Shown here one piece after another: positions 42,868 to 53,809 of a stretch of 64,000 nucleotides of DNA. The notes under the pieces were generated by a model that saw only the letters and a program-made list of their open reading frames with translations, was not told where the DNA came from and did no database searches. Numbering within the stretch: position 1 is the stretch's first letter; every line of letters starts with the position of its first letter. The translations under genes and the position numbers were made by a program. The stretch spans positions 32,001-96,000 of the forward strand of contig CAWBWI010000001.1 in the NCBI GenBank assembly GCA_963792585.1. The letters run 5' to 3'. The stretch comes from Candidatus Eiseniibacteriota bacterium. GTDB taxonomy: Bacteria > Eisenbacteria > RBG-16-71-46 > CAIMUX01 > VGJL01.

Positions 42868-43194
42868 GACCCTCCGCCAACCCGGTTCGGACCCGACATG
42901 AGCGATCGCGACTTATAATATACCGGACGCGCGGGGAAAGGTACCGGCACCCTGTAGGGCGCGGGGTCCGCTCCACCCGACAGCGCCTCGTACTCATGCC
43001 CTAGCTCGCCGACGGACCGCGTTCCGGCATTGTGCAACGATCCACAAGATCCGGGACTGGAGTCGCTCCAGCCCCGGTTCTTCAACTTTCTCTGGCAGTT
43101 CCCATGTGCGTATGCATATAATTGCCGTTACCGGTTGTGGAGTGAACTTGCAATTGTGCGAAGCGAACTTGCGTCAAGTTAGAGGGGCAGCTGT

Positions 43195-44364
43195 ATGAAC
43201 CGGTTCGAATTCAATTCGCGCGGGGAGCGCGCCAAGAGGATGCTCGGCATCGCGCTTGGCCGACCGCTCGTGGGTCCGCAGGTCGTCAGTCTCGAGGTCA
43301 CGCATCACTGCAATCTCCGGTGTTCCTTCTGCGAATCCCATGGGAATCTCCAGGCGCTGCCGATCACATCGCGTCGCGCTTATGTCGGCGACCGCCGGAC
43401 CATGGATCTCGTCACCATCCAACGCCTGGCATACGATCTCGCACGCTTGGGCACGAATCTCGTGGAACTCTCCGGCAAGGGAGATCCGATCGCGCACGCG
43501 GAGCTCACGCAGATCGTTCGAATTCTGAAGGACGCCGGACTCGGGTGCGCTCTCGTCACCAACGGAACGCTCGCGAAGCCCGACCTCGCCCCGATGTTGA
43601 TCGATCGTCGCTTGGATCGGTTGAGCGTCTCCTTGAACTCGGGATCGAGGGATGTATACAAGGTAGCGAACGGGCGCGATCTCTGGGACAAGGCAATCGC
43701 CTTCCTGACCGATGTCCTCGACCGGCGTCGCGCCGCGGGCGGCGGCCGTCCATGGATCCGGATCACGCACGTGATCAGCAAAGAGAACGTCAAGGACATC
43801 GACAACATGGTCCGCCTCGCCTGTGACCTGCGCGTCGACGAAGTCGCCTGGTACGTGATGGGGGAACTGGCGGAGACGCATCACCTGCAGCTCGACGCCG
43901 AGGAGGTCGCGCAAGTTCGGGCCGGCATCCCTGCGTGGAGCGACCAGTTCCTGGCCGCCGGTGTTCATCACGACATGGATGTCTTTGGGCGCGAACTGTC
44001 CGTCCGCACCGGCGGCGTCACCGTTCAGCAGAATCCGTTGCAGCGCAGCGTGCCATGCTATGAAGGTTGGATGTTCTGTGTCATCCAGCCCGACGGCGTC
44101 GTCGTCCCTTGCTGCTATTGCGAGGAGGAGAAGCTCGGCAACGTCTTCGACGAGAGCTTCGAGAAGATCTGGACCGACACACTCTACCGGGACTACCGTC
44201 GGCGCTCGCTGGCGATGCCCAAGACGGGGCGATATATCTGCGGGGAATGCTTCACCAGCTGCAACCGGGCGGAGGAGAATCTGCGGATCTACAACCGGAT
44301 CCACCCATTGCAGAAGAAATCGCCCCACGTCCCAGCGGTCGCGACCGAGACACAGAACGCGTAG
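43195..44364 (+). CDS. Radical SAM/SPASM domain protein
   Basis: CNLRCSFC, SGKGDP, VTNG, C-terminal CYEG..PCCYC..CGECFTSC. Confidence 0.9.
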   Translation: MNRFEFNSRGERAKRMLGIALGRPLVGPQVVSLEVTHHCNLRCSFCESHGNLQALPITSRRAYVGDRRTMDLVTIQRLAYDLARLGTNLVELSGKGDPIAHAELTQIVRILKDAGLGCALVTNGTLAKPDLAPMLIDRRLDRLSVSLNSGSRDVYKVANGRDLWDKAIAFLTDVLDRRRAAGGGRPWIRITHVISKENVKDIDNMVRLACDLRVDEVAWYVMGELAETHHLQLDAEEVAQVRAGIPAWSDQFLAAGVHHDMDVFGRELSVRTGGVTVQQNPLQRSVPCYEGWMFCVIQPDGVVVPCCYCEEEKLGNVFDESFEKIWTDTLYRDYRRRSLAMPKTGRYICGECFTSCNRAEENLRIYNRIHPLQKKSPHVPAVATETQNA

Positions 44365-44596
44365 CCGTATCGCGGACCGTTCGCGAGATTCGTGACGCGC
44401 GCGTCGCGCGGATGCACGATCGGAGCCCGTGGGTGCCGATCGATGAAGCGCGGCACCCGGCGGAGCACGGCGATGGCGCGTCCCCTTGGCCGGCATCCAC
44501 GCCCGCAGGCGGATCGCTTGATTCCACACACCCCTGCACGGTAAAATCCACAGCGGCCAAGCCATGCAATCCCAAGCAACTACGCAGGAGGTCGTC

Positions 44597-47050
44597 ATGC
44601 TTCGCGCCGTTCGTCGCTTCCAACTGCCGCTCATCGCCGGAGCCCTGCTCCTCAGCGCGTCGATCGCCCAAGCCGCCTCTCCGACGGATTCGAACACGCA
44701 CATGCGGATCGACGCGCAAGGCGCGCGGGCATTCGGCACGGCGCCCCATGCGAACGTGCCGGTGGGCGAGATGCCGCTGCGCCCCGATCCGCCGCAATCC
44801 AACTGGACGGCGCTGGGCCCCTTCGGGGGAGACGTGCAGGCGGTCGGCGTCTCGCCGACGAACGCGAACCTGATGCTCGGCGGGCTGGCCCCTTCCTATT
44901 TCGGCAATGGGAAGCTCTTCCGCTCGACGAACGCAGGGGCGACCTGGGTCGAGCAGACGGGGATGGGGGGCAAGAGCTTCTACGATCTCGCCTTCACGCC
45001 GACCGGCACGGCGTATCTCGGGACGACGGAATCGATCTGGCGGAGCACGGACAATGGAGTCTCCTGGGTTCACCTGAACCTCGGGATCGGCACCAACGAT
45101 GTCGTTCTCGCAGTCACCGTCGACCCCACGAACGCGAACACCATCTGGGCGGGCGTTTCCGATGCGATGGGCAACCAGACGCAGACCGTGCTCAAGTCGA
45201 CCAATGGCGGGACGAGTTGGGTGAACAAGACGCCCGCGATGTCGGCGATGGCCTGCCAGGGGATCTCCGTCGACCCGGCCAATGCAAACAAGGTCTACGC
45301 CTGCTTTGGCGGCGACTTCGGGGGTGGGGCTGTTTGGGTCTCCACCAACGGCGGCACGAACTGGACGAACCGCTCCGCGGGGCTTCCCGCCAATCCGATG
45401 ACCGACGTCGTGAAGGTCGGCAGCCGCATCTATGTGTGCGGCGGGCTGCTGTTCGGTTCTCAGGAAGTCGGTCTCTACACGTCCACGAACGACGGCGCCA
45501 CCTGGACCGCGCTCCATAGTCCCGCCTGGCCGAGCCGGGTGATTCGCGACATGGAGATCGATCCCGCGAACGCCGCGACGATCCTGGTCGGCAGCGACGG
45601 TCGAGGGGTCTTCAAGTCGACCGACTCGGGAGCGACCTGGAGCTATGGGATCGGCGGGTCCGGCGGCTTCTCCGTGCGGGCGGTCCGCTACGCGCCCGGG
45701 AGCTCGACGCGGATCGTCCTGGGACTGAGTTCCCTGGGCGTCTACCAGAGCACGGATGCCGGTGCGCAGTTCCTCGCGACGTCGGTCGGCATCGGCGCGC
45801 TCAACATATACTCCGTCGCCTCCAATCCGGCCCAGCCGAGCGAGATCGCAATCTGCTTCCAGGGAGACAACGACGGCGGCGTCTACACGTCGCTCGACAA
45901 CGGGCAAGCCTGGACGCTGGAAGGGTGCCCCAGCACACGCTGGAACACGGTGCGGTTCACGGACGACGGGGTGCTGCACGCGATCTCCGACGGCCCGACC
46001 AGCCTGGCGCCGGAAGGGGTCTACCGGCGCGCGCCCGACAGCGGAGTCTGGACGTGCCTCGGCCCCGATCAGGGAACGCTGTTCGAGTCGGAACTCAACG
46101 CGCTCACCTTCAGCCACCTCAATCCGAATCTGATCCTCGCAGGCGGCGCCGACTTCGGTGTGGCCGGCTATGAGGGGACTTGCTGGCTCTCGATGGATGC
46201 CGGCGCCACATGGAAAAAGGCTTACGAAGGCCCCGAGCCGAACGAGATGGTCTACGACATCTGGCTCGTCGAGGATGGCACGGACATGACGGCCGTGGCC
46301 TGCTTCTCGGACTTCGAAGCGGGAACCGGCGGCGCACTGAGATCGACCAACGGAGGCGTGAACTGGGCCAATGCGAGCGTCGGGCTCCCGTCCTCCGCGC
46401 GGGGCATCGATCTGGACGCATTTCCGGCGGACGCGAACACGATCTACTACGCCGACTCGTACTACGCGAACGGGTTCGGCGGTCTCTTCCGCACGACCGA
46501 CGCCGGCCTGACCTGGGCCTCGACGGGATACGGCGGAACGGGCACGGTCGGGGCGGTCGTCTGCGATGCGGAGCATCCAGGATGGGTCTACATCACCCGT
46601 CCGGATCCGGAGAAGGTCCTCATGTCGATCGACAGCGGCGCGACGTTTGCTCCGTTCAACAACGGCCTGGCCTTCGCCGGGTCGACACGCAGTCTGGCGT
46701 ACGCGCACGGACCGGCCCGCCTGCTCCTGGCGACGAGCTCCACTTCGTGCGTGACCGTGCTCCTGGATCCGGCCGCGGTCGGCGATGGATCGCTTCGGGG
46801 GCGTGGGCGGATCGCGGCCTACCCGAACCCTCTCCAGGCGGGCCGGGGTGTGCGCTTCGCTTTTGCGACGGCCGGCGCATCGAAGCTGACGATCCACGAC
46901 GCGGCCGGCCGGCGGGTGCGCACGCTCTCGGTCACGGGATCGACGGTGGAGTGGGACGGACGCGACGACCGCGGCGTGGCGGTGGCGGCCGGAACCTACT
47001 TCGCGCGCACGGGCGCCGGAGAGGCGGTCAAGATCGAACGGTTACGCTAG
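44597..47050 (+). CDS. Secreted BNR/Asp-box beta-propeller protein with FlgD-Ig C-terminal domain
   Basis: Repeated STxGGxxW boxes, WTALGPFGG, YPNP...WDGRDDRG..AGTYF. Confidence 0.88.
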   Translation: MLRAVRRFQLPLIAGALLLSASIAQAASPTDSNTHMRIDAQGARAFGTAPHANVPVGEMPLRPDPPQSNWTALGPFGGDVQAVGVSPTNANLMLGGLAPSYFGNGKLFRSTNAGATWVEQTGMGGKSFYDLAFTPTGTAYLGTTESIWRSTDNGVSWVHLNLGIGTNDVVLAVTVDPTNANTIWAGVSDAMGNQTQTVLKSTNGGTSWVNKTPAMSAMACQGISVDPANANKVYACFGGDFGGGAVWVSTNGGTNWTNRSAGLPANPMTDVVKVGSRIYVCGGLLFGSQEVGLYTSTNDGATWTALHSPAWPSRVIRDMEIDPANAATILVGSDGRGVFKSTDSGATWSYGIGGSGGFSVRAVRYAPGSSTRIVLGLSSLGVYQSTDAGAQFLATSVGIGALNIYSVASNPAQPSEIAICFQGDNDGGVYTSLDNGQAWTLEGCPSTRWNTVRFTDDGVLHAISDGPTSLAPEGVYRRAPDSGVWTCLGPDQGTLFESELNALTFSHLNPNLILAGGADFGVAGYEGTCWLSMDAGATWKKAYEGPEPNEMVYDIWLVEDGTDMTAVACFSDFEAGTGGALRSTNGGVNWANASVGLPSSARGIDLDAFPADANTIYYADSYYANGFGGLFRTTDAGLTWASTGYGGTGTVGAVVCDAEHPGWVYITRPDPEKVLMSIDSGATFAPFNNGLAFAGSTRSLAYAHGPARLLLATSSTSCVTVLLDPAAVGDGSLRGRGRIAAYPNPLQAGRGVRFAFATAGASKLTIHDAAGRRVRTLSVTGSTVEWDGRDDRGVAVAAGTYFARTGAGEAVKIERLR

Positions 47051-47120
47051 CGATGGGACGGGCTTGTGAAACGCGGGGGCGGCGGACATTTGCCGCCCCA
47101 ACGTCTTTGGGCGGGTCCCG

Positions 47121-47299
47121 CTACTCGATCTTCCCGCGCAGGAGACGGAAGGACCACACCGTCATTGCTGCGGTGGCGATTGCGATCAGATGAACGATGG
47201 GTCATCCGTCGGGTGCATGCCCTCGGCCACGAGGCGAAAGACATGCACGAGCGTCAACGCCGCGAAGAGCGCTCCCGTCGTCGCGACATAGGTCTTCAT
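47121..47299 (-). CDS. Small 2-TM membrane protein, one frameshift near 47187
   Basis: MKTYVATTGALFAALTLVHVFRLVAEG..DPSFI, continuing after the shift as IAIATAAMTVWSFRLLRGKIE*. Confidence 0.6.
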
Positions 47300-47363
47300 G
47301 CGCGCTTCTCCTTTACCAGCGGCCTCGGCTTCCGTGCTGCGATCCAGGAGCGGCTGGTCGATG

Positions 47364-48200
47364 TCATCCCTGATAGGTCGCGAAGACGCGGTCCAGTTCC
47401 GCGAAGGGAGTGGCTCCTTCCAACCCTTCGAAGCTGCCTCTTTCGGCGATCGCCGTGGCGGCGCGGATGAAGCCACCCCATGCCGCCCGGGCCAGAGCCG
47501 AGCCGACGCTGATCCGGCGCACGCCCAGCTCCGCCAGATCCGCGACGGTGAGGCCGACATCGGCTCTCACGAGGGCATTGACCGGTTTCGGCGCCACGGC
47601 CCGCACGATCGCGCCAAGCTCCTCGCGCGTCCGTGGCCCCGGCGCGTAGAGGACGTCGGCGCCGGCCTCGGCGTATGCGCTCAGTCGTGCAAGCGCGTCC
47701 TTGAGGGGTTCCGGGTGGCCGACCAGGTAGCTTTCGGCCCGCGCGGTCAGGAGCACCTGCGCGCCCCTGGCATCGATCGCCCGTCGTGCGGCCTGGATGC
47801 GTTGCACAGCGAACGGCAGGTCGTAGAGAGGTTGCGTCTCGTCTCCGGTCGCGTCCTCGATCGATAGCCCCGCGACGCCGGTCTCGACGCACAGCCCGAC
47901 ATTCGCCGCTACCTCCTCCGGCTCGTGCGCGTATCCCGACTGGAAGTCCGCGTTGACCGGCAGATCGGTCGCGCCGACGATCTCGGCGACGTGTGCGAGC
48001 ACGTCATCGCGCGAGGATCCCCACACGGTATCCGCCTGACCGCGGGAGAACTGGAAGCCCGCGCTCGTCGTGGCCAGGGCGTGAAATCCCAGATGGTGAA
48101 GAAAGCGGGCCGTGCCCACATCCCACGGATTCGGGATGACGAAACAGCCGGATTCATGCAGTTTGGCGAACGATGCGCGACGGTGATCGAAATTGGTCAT
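47364..48200 (-). CDS. Isocitrate lyase/PEP mutase family protein
   Basis: PNPWDVGTAR, ATTSAG, PVNADFQSGY, SIED, AGADVLYAPG, RRISVGS. Confidence 0.92.
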   Translation of the reverse strand: MTNFDHRRASFAKLHESGCFVIPNPWDVGTARFLHHLGFHALATTSAGFQFSRGQADTVWGSSRDDVLAHVAEIVGATDLPVNADFQSGYAHEPEEVAANVGLCVETGVAGLSIEDATGDETQPLYDLPFAVQRIQAARRAIDARGAQVLLTARAESYLVGHPEPLKDALARLSAYAEAGADVLYAPGPRTREELGAIVRAVAPKPVNALVRADVGLTVADLAELGVRRISVGSALARAAWGGFIRAATAIAERGSFEGLEGATPFAELDRVFATYQG

Positions 48201-48239
48201 AGAGTCCTTCTTTGTCGCGGCCCGGCCCAGTCCGTTCGG

Positions 48240-48695
48240 TTACGTGCCCGCGAGGACGGCCATGAGCCGGTCCAGATTCTGTTCGTTCGCGGGCTCGACG
48301 ATGTGCCTCAGGCGGGCGGCAGTCGCGCCGTCCTCGAACTCCTGTGCCCAGGTGATCGCGGTCCCATCTTCATGTGGAGCCAGCGTGACCGTGAGCACGA
48401 AGCGCGGCTGCGACACGTGCTGGATGACGAGTTTGAATGGATCGTGTAGCTCGAGAAAGACACTCTCGTTCGGATGGTTGGAGCCGTCAGGCGCATGCAT
48501 CACGAAGTTCCAACTGCCTCCGGGCCTGAATTCGAAAACTTCGATGGTGTTGGTGAATCCGTCTGGGCCCCACCAACGCGACAGAAGTTCCGGCCGAGCG
48601 AATGCCTCAAAGACCGGCCGTGGTTGATGGGGGAGCACTCGAAAGCTGCGAAGGGTTGCGCCATCAGGATCCCCTGACGTCTGCGAAGTAGCCAT
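48240..48695 (-). CDS. SRPBCC/AHSA1-like protein
   Basis: WWGPDGF, FRPGGSWNFVMHAPDG, NEQNLDRL. Confidence 0.9.
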   Translation of the reverse strand: MATSQTSGDPDGATLRSFRVLPHQPRPVFEAFARPELLSRWWGPDGFTNTIEVFEFRPGGSWNFVMHAPDGSNHPNESVFLELHDPFKLVIQHVSQPRFVLTVTLAPHEDGTAITWAQEFEDGATAARLRHIVEPANEQNLDRLMAVLAGT

Positions 48696-48741
48696 TTCTA
48701 TCTCCGTCCGCTCCCTCGGCAGGGCTGATGGTTGTGACTGT

Positions 48742-48811
48742 CTGCGCTCCGCTTCACGCGCCGATCGCGAGCACCGCGAGCGGGCGGTCGGGTAGAGGCG
48801 GTTGTCAGATC
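48742..48811 (-). other. Degenerate integron attC site
   Basis: Minus strand TCTGACAACCGCCTCTACCCGACC...GTGAAGCGGAGCGCAGAC follows the attC pattern with mutated R boxes. Confidence 0.45.
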
Positions 48812-48840
48812 ATATCGTGTCATTGACGAAATCGGCCGCG

Positions 48841-49252
48841 TTAGAAGAACCCGCGGAGGAATGCCGCCGCTTCGTCTGAGATGCCGACGATCTTGTTCGT
48901 TGCCTGACGATAGAATTTGAAGTTGAGTTCGGTCTCGGGTCGACCGTCGTTCCAGTCGGAAAAGAGTCTTGAGATCGCTCCGCCCCAGGCGCCGCTTCGC
49001 AAGCCCGGTGCGTCTGATGGTGATGCTCACCCGCGGCGTCTGCCGGGCGATCCCGCGTCTTCTTGCGATCGCTTTGGCCGAGGTGACGACGCCGCTTGCG
49101 ATGAGACCCGGCCCGCCTTCGTTCTCGCTCGCGAAGATGAAGATCGTATCGCCTTCGGCGATGTGCTTGCCACCATACATGGTCTTCTGCGCGGTGAACG
49201 CGAACGTCTTCGCCCTCGGATCGCTAACCTCGACTTTGATGGCGAACATCAT
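48841..49252 (-). CDS. Conserved-looking hypothetical cassette protein, frameshift near 48965
   Basis: QKTMYGGKHIAEGDTIFIFASENEGG then PETELNFKFYRQATNKIVGIS. The stop lies in TTCTAAC. Confidence 0.7.
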
Positions 49253-49298
49253 GCTCCTCGTCTTGCTCCATCGATTCCATGGCCGTCCGTGAGGAAAG

Positions 49299-49358
49299 GC
49301 CCAACGCTCAGCATCAGTGGCGGCGCGAAACGCCGGCCGCTGCATGCTGCGGTTCGAC
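49299..49358 (-). other. Integron attC site (60 bp)
   Basis: Minus strand GTCGAAC..CAGCATGCAGCGG-hairpin-CCACTGATGCTG..GTTGGGC, with AAC/GTT ends, paired L boxes and an unpaired base. Confidence 0.75.
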
Positions 49359-49516
49359 GGCGCCTTCGACGTTAGGCGTCCTTCATACTCTCGCGACGGA
49401 CGGTGGCGGAAACGGGATGCTGAACCATGTGCCAGGCTTGTTCCTGAAAGCCGCGTCGGCCTGACGGTTCGGCCGGTCAGCCGCGGGATCTCCCGGTCGT
49501 TCGGCTGGAGACCGTG

Positions 49517-50633
49517 TCAGTGGATCCGGTCGAACGACGCTCCGTTGAACTTGAACACGCCGTTCCCTGCCAACCACAGGTCGCCATGGCGATCCGTGTA
49601 GATGCCCATGATGTCCTTGCTCGTCAGCCCGTCTTCGGCCGAGAAGTTCCTCAATGACTTGCCGTCGTATCGCCAGGCACCATGCTCGACGGTGCCGAAC
49701 CAGATGTTCCCGGCACGGTCTTCTCCGATCGAGAACACCCGATGCAGCGAGGGGGAACCATCCGTCACGTCCCCAGGCTGAGGCGTCGCTCTCCCGCCGT
49801 GCGGCCCCAACTTGCCAAGCCCCTTCTCCTGCGTGAATTGGGTGGCGGTGTGTCCATCATGCAGGATGACTCCGATCCCATTGTTTCCGATCCAGAGGTT
49901 CCCCTTGCTGTCCTCGAGGACGCAACGGACGTGAAGCCGACCGGTGCTCTCGTTGAGGCCCAGGCTCTTGTCGTCGATGATGGTGAAGGACTTGCCGTCG
50001 TATCCGATCACCGCGGTGTACGTTGCGAACCAGAGCCTCCCGCTCTTTCCCCTTGGCAATGCCCGTGGTCGCGTAAGCACTGACCCCGGCACGATCCGCG
50101 GGGAGAGGGTATGCCAGGTAGGTGAAGGTCTTTCCGTCGTACCGATACACACCCGGCTGCGCTTCGATCTCGGTCGCCCCGACTCCCCCATCCTCCTTGA
50201 ACCACAGGTCTCCCGTCCCCAGCTGCCACTCGTCCTTCGATGTGTAGTTCCTGCTGGTGGGGGTGATGATCTTCTCCCCGTCGAAGCCGCTGATCCCGAA
50301 GCCTCCCTCGAACCAAACAACTCCGTTTCGATCCTCATGGATCGACCTGATCTGGTTGTCGCTCAGGCCGTCTTCCATGGTGAAATAGGTGAGACTCTCG
50401 CCGTCGAAGCGGCAGACACCCTCGTTCCAACTTCCGAACCAGTAGTTGCCCTTGCTGTCCTCGAGGATGGAGCGCACGGTCTCGAACCGGAGCAGTGCAG
50501 GCGCATCGATGGCGCTGTCGTTCAGCTCCGATTTCGTCACGTCCGGCTTCGTCGTGCAGGAGGTTGCGCCGACAAGGGCAAGCATGACGAGTGCTGCCAG
50601 AGCACCACGCACCTGACCGCGCGAGATCATCAA
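49517..50633 (-). CDS. Reg_prop beta-propeller putative lipoprotein, frameshift near 50045
   Basis: Repeats of (I/L)EDSKGNxWFG, RFDG, DGLSDN. Lipobox ATSC. Confidence 0.85.
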
Positions 50634-50788
50634 CTGCCCAACGTCAACAAGAGACCGGTTCGCACTGACTCAGACATGTCGAGAGATATCCTTGTCCGCC
50701 CAACGCGCGTTATCCCGAACGATCTATCTGAGGACTCCTGGCGCCGTCGTTGGCCGTGTGAAGGACGCGGATCGCTCGGCCGTCGACC

Positions 50789-51367
50789 TCAAGAGAATCT
50801 CCTCTCGCGAGACGAGGACCTCACGATTCCCGCCATGGCGAGGCCCGCGAGGAACCAGCCGATCACCTGGTCGGCTCCTTCGGCGAGGATGAAGCTCCCA
50901 GGATACCCGTACCAATTCCAGTACGAGGTGCTGATCGCGAACCACGAGAAGAGGCCCAGCAGCATCACCGTGAGCGTGCGGCGCATGCGGCCCGGCCCGA
51001 TCTGGACGAGCACGAGCGCGGCGATCAGGGCGGCGATCGCGGTGGTCAGAAACTCGGTGATCAACTGCTTGGGTGACATCGCCGCCGTGCCGTTGGGGTG
51101 GTAGATGAGCAGGCCGTAGGGCCCTGAGCGGAGCTTCGCCTCCCATGCCTGCTGCTCTTCCTTGGACGGCTTGGACTTCATGTCCATGCCTGGGAAGAAA
51201 TAGAGACCGGACTGGTGGATCGTCTCCTTCATCGGCGCCAGGACCGCATCTTCCTGGGGGAGCTGCCCGATCCCGGCCTCGCCGAGCGGCAGGACGGTGT
51301 GGGCGAGCGCGCTCCACGCGAAGGCGATGAGGCCGCCCAGCAGCGCGGCCAGCAGGACTCTCTTCAT
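50789..51367 (-). CDS. Hypothetical multi-TM membrane protein
   Basis: GAGGAGG RBS, GLYFFPG, SYWNWYGYP, hydrophobic segments. Confidence 0.75.
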   Translation of the reverse strand: MKRVLLAALLGGLIAFAWSALAHTVLPLGEAGIGQLPQEDAVLAPMKETIHQSGLYFFPGMDMKSKPSKEEQQAWEAKLRSGPYGLLIYHPNGTAAMSPKQLITEFLTTAIAALIAALVLVQIGPGRMRRTLTVMLLGLFSWFAISTSYWNWYGYPGSFILAEGADQVIGWFLAGLAMAGIVRSSSRERRFS

Positions 51368-51548
51368 GATCCCTCCTCGGGCGGGTGCGCCGGGGGACGG
51401 CAGCCCGCGGTTGGGTGACCGAAAATCCTAGCCGCGGCCGGCGGGGGCAAGCAATCGACTTCGGTGGGTCGGCGCAGATTCGAGACCTCGCCCGCGCCGT
51501 CAACTTCGGTCTGTCCGGCGCTCTGGGGGGCGGGCTATCCTGCCCACG

Positions 51549-52739
51549 ATGAACGATCAGACTTTCTCGTCGCGGACACGGTGGGACCGCGGCCTGAATC
51601 CCCTCGCGGAGCGGCTCTCGGCGCGCCGTGCCTCAGGAGAGCCGGTTCTCGACCTGACCGAGTCGAATCCCACCCGCGCCGGCTTTGCGTATCCCGAACA
51701 GGATATCCTGGGTGCCATTTCAGGCGACGGGGCGCTCCGCTATGCCCCGGACCCCCGCGGCCTGCGGAGCGCCCGCGAGGCCGTGGCGGGTTGGTATGGG
51801 CGCCGGGGAAGAACGGTCGATCCCGACCATGTCGTCCTCTGCGCAAGCACAAGCGAGGCTTACGGGTGGCTGCTCAAGGTCTTGTGCGAGAACGGGGACG
51901 AGATCCTATGTCCCGCGCCGAGCTACCCGCTCTTCGACTTCCTCGCGAAGGCCGAGGATGTGCGGCTTTGCAGCTACCCGCTCGAATACGACGGCCGGTG
52001 GTCGCTGCATATCGAGGACCTCGCCACGCGGTGCACGCCGCATACGCGGGGCGTCATCATCGTCCAGCCGAACAACCCGACCGGATCGTACCTATCGCCT
52101 GTGGAGATCGAGCGGCTTAGCGCCTTCTGCGTGGATCGAGGATTGGTGGTGATCTCCGATGAGGTCTTCGCGGACTACGCCTTCGAGAACGTCCCCGGCG
52201 CGATGCCCAGCGCGCTCGACCTCGCCGGGCCCCTGACCTTCACGCTCGGGGGGCTGTCGAAGGCGGTCGGTCTGCCCCAGATGAAGCTCTCCTGGATCAT
52301 CGTGGGTGGGCCGCCTGGACTGCGCGAGGAGGCGCTCGCGAGACTCGAGATCTTGGGGGACACCTATCTGTCGGTCAACACTCCCGTCCAGGTCGGCCTC
52401 GAGAGGATCCTCGCGGTGGGGGAGTCGGTCGGCCGGCAGATCAAGGAACGCGTCGCGGGCAACCGCGCGCTTCTGCGCCTGGCGCGCGGCGCGGATGCGC
52501 CATGGGACATCCTCACCGCCGACGGCGGGTGGTACGCCGTCCTGAGCGTCCCGCGCGTGATGAGCGACGAGCGGTGGGCGCTCGCGCTGCTCGAGCGCGA
52601 CGGCGTCTACGTCCACCCGGGGCACTACTTCGACTTTGCGGCGGATGGGTATCTCGTGGTGAGCCTGCTCTGCGAGCGGGGTGCGTTCGTCGAAGGGGTG
52701 AGGAGGATCGTGGCGCGGATCGAGGCTGAACTCCGATGA
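51549..52739 (+). CDS. PLP-dependent class I/II aminotransferase
   Basis: PNNPTG, ISDEVF, GGLSK. Confidence 0.93.
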   Translation: MNDQTFSSRTRWDRGLNPLAERLSARRASGEPVLDLTESNPTRAGFAYPEQDILGAISGDGALRYAPDPRGLRSAREAVAGWYGRRGRTVDPDHVVLCASTSEAYGWLLKVLCENGDEILCPAPSYPLFDFLAKAEDVRLCSYPLEYDGRWSLHIEDLATRCTPHTRGVIIVQPNNPTGSYLSPVEIERLSAFCVDRGLVVISDEVFADYAFENVPGAMPSALDLAGPLTFTLGGLSKAVGLPQMKLSWIIVGGPPGLREEALARLEILGDTYLSVNTPVQVGLERILAVGESVGRQIKERVAGNRALLRLARGADAPWDILTADGGWYAVLSVPRVMSDERWALALLERDGVYVHPGHYFDFAADGYLVVSLLCERGAFVEGVRRIVARIEAELR

Positions 52740-53809
52740 TCGTGCGCGGGGCGTCCGGGTCTTGTCTCGCAACGCGGGGACGGCGGACATCGCGCACATG
52801 GCTGCGCCTGTCGATTTCCGCGGGCATCGCGATCCTGGCGATGCTCGCGCGTGCGGGCATCGCGGGCGCTGCGGTGGAAGATGACCTGCAGATCGCCGTC
52901 CCGGCTGCGGATCGCGTGGACGCCGGTCTCTTCGCCCCGCACATCTACCTGAAGGCGTTGCATACTCTGAACCAGGACGATTCGACAGGGTCGCGGATCT
53001 CCACCCCTGGACACCCCGACGACCCTCTGGGCGACGCGCTCCATCTCTTTCGGGAGGTGGAGCGGCTCGCGCGAGGGGAGGCTGTCGCGATCGTCCGCAA
53101 TGCGCGCCTCCGGTACGCCGCGGTGGAGTCGATCGCGCTGCGGGCCCATGCTGAACGGGACGGAGGAGACGCCTACCGCGCGGCGGCCGCCCTGTCGGCC
53201 CGCGCGGAGAGCTTGACGGCGGATCCGGCTGCCGCGCGCGCGCAGTGGGACGAGGCGATCGACAGCCTCGTCGCCGCGATGGGCGCTGCGGAAAGGATGC
53301 AGGTCGCGGCGCTCGGCGGGACCCCCGCCCTTCCCTACACCGTCTACGATTCGTGTCCGTACGAAGGATGCTGCTACCGAATCTGGTTCGCGGAGCGCAG
53401 CCTCGTCGCGCGCGTCGATCCCGACAGCGCATCCACGGTCGCGTTTGAGATCCGCACCGGCGAAGGCGTCCTCGGGATCACGGGGATCCTGGTCACATCG
53501 CGCTTCGGGCACTGCACGCTCGATCCAAATCCCGATGAGGTGCGGCAAGGGATGAAACCCGAACCGATCGTGGTGGTCGGATACGAGGGCGAGGGATTCG
53601 TTCGCGCGGTTTACCGCGGTCGCCTCGTGATCGTGGAGTGCGACTGGGACAAGGAGATCGTCGAGCCCTCCTACGTCTGGTGGGCGCTGGTGCAGAACCG
53701 GGACGGGAAGACCGGCTGGATCGTGGGAGGCCCCCGCGACGGGCACTATCTCTACAATCAGGATGCGATCGAGTTCAACTCCTACAACAGAGAGATGTGG
53801 TGCCGGTGA
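52736..53809 (+). CDS. Hypothetical secreted protein
   Basis: ATGA coupling, signal-like segment, CPYEGCCYRIW, WWALVQNRDGKTGW (SH3-like). Confidence 0.6.
   Translation: MIVRGASGSCLATRGRRTSRTWLRLSISAGIAILAMLARAGIAGAAVEDDLQIAVPAADRVDAGLFAPHIYLKALHTLNQDDSTGSRISTPGHPDDPLGDALHLFREVERLARGEAVAIVRNARLRYAAVESIALRAHAERDGGDAYRAAAALSARAESLTADPAAARAQWDEAIDSLVAAMGAAERMQVAALGGTPALPYTVYDSCPYEGCCYRIWFAERSLVARVDPDSASTVAFEIRTGEGVLGITGILVTSRFGHCTLDPNPDEVRQGMKPEPIVVVGYEGEGFVRAVYRGRLVIVECDWDKEIVEPSYVWWALVQNRDGKTGWIVGGPRDGHYLYNQDAIEFNSYNREMWCR

Noticed and set aside
44252..46897. 881 aa antisense ORF, and similar long shadow ORFs such as 57504-59855 and 14699-16300
   Set aside because: They lie opposite clear genes, have Arg-rich nonsense composition, and are expected in high-GC DNA.
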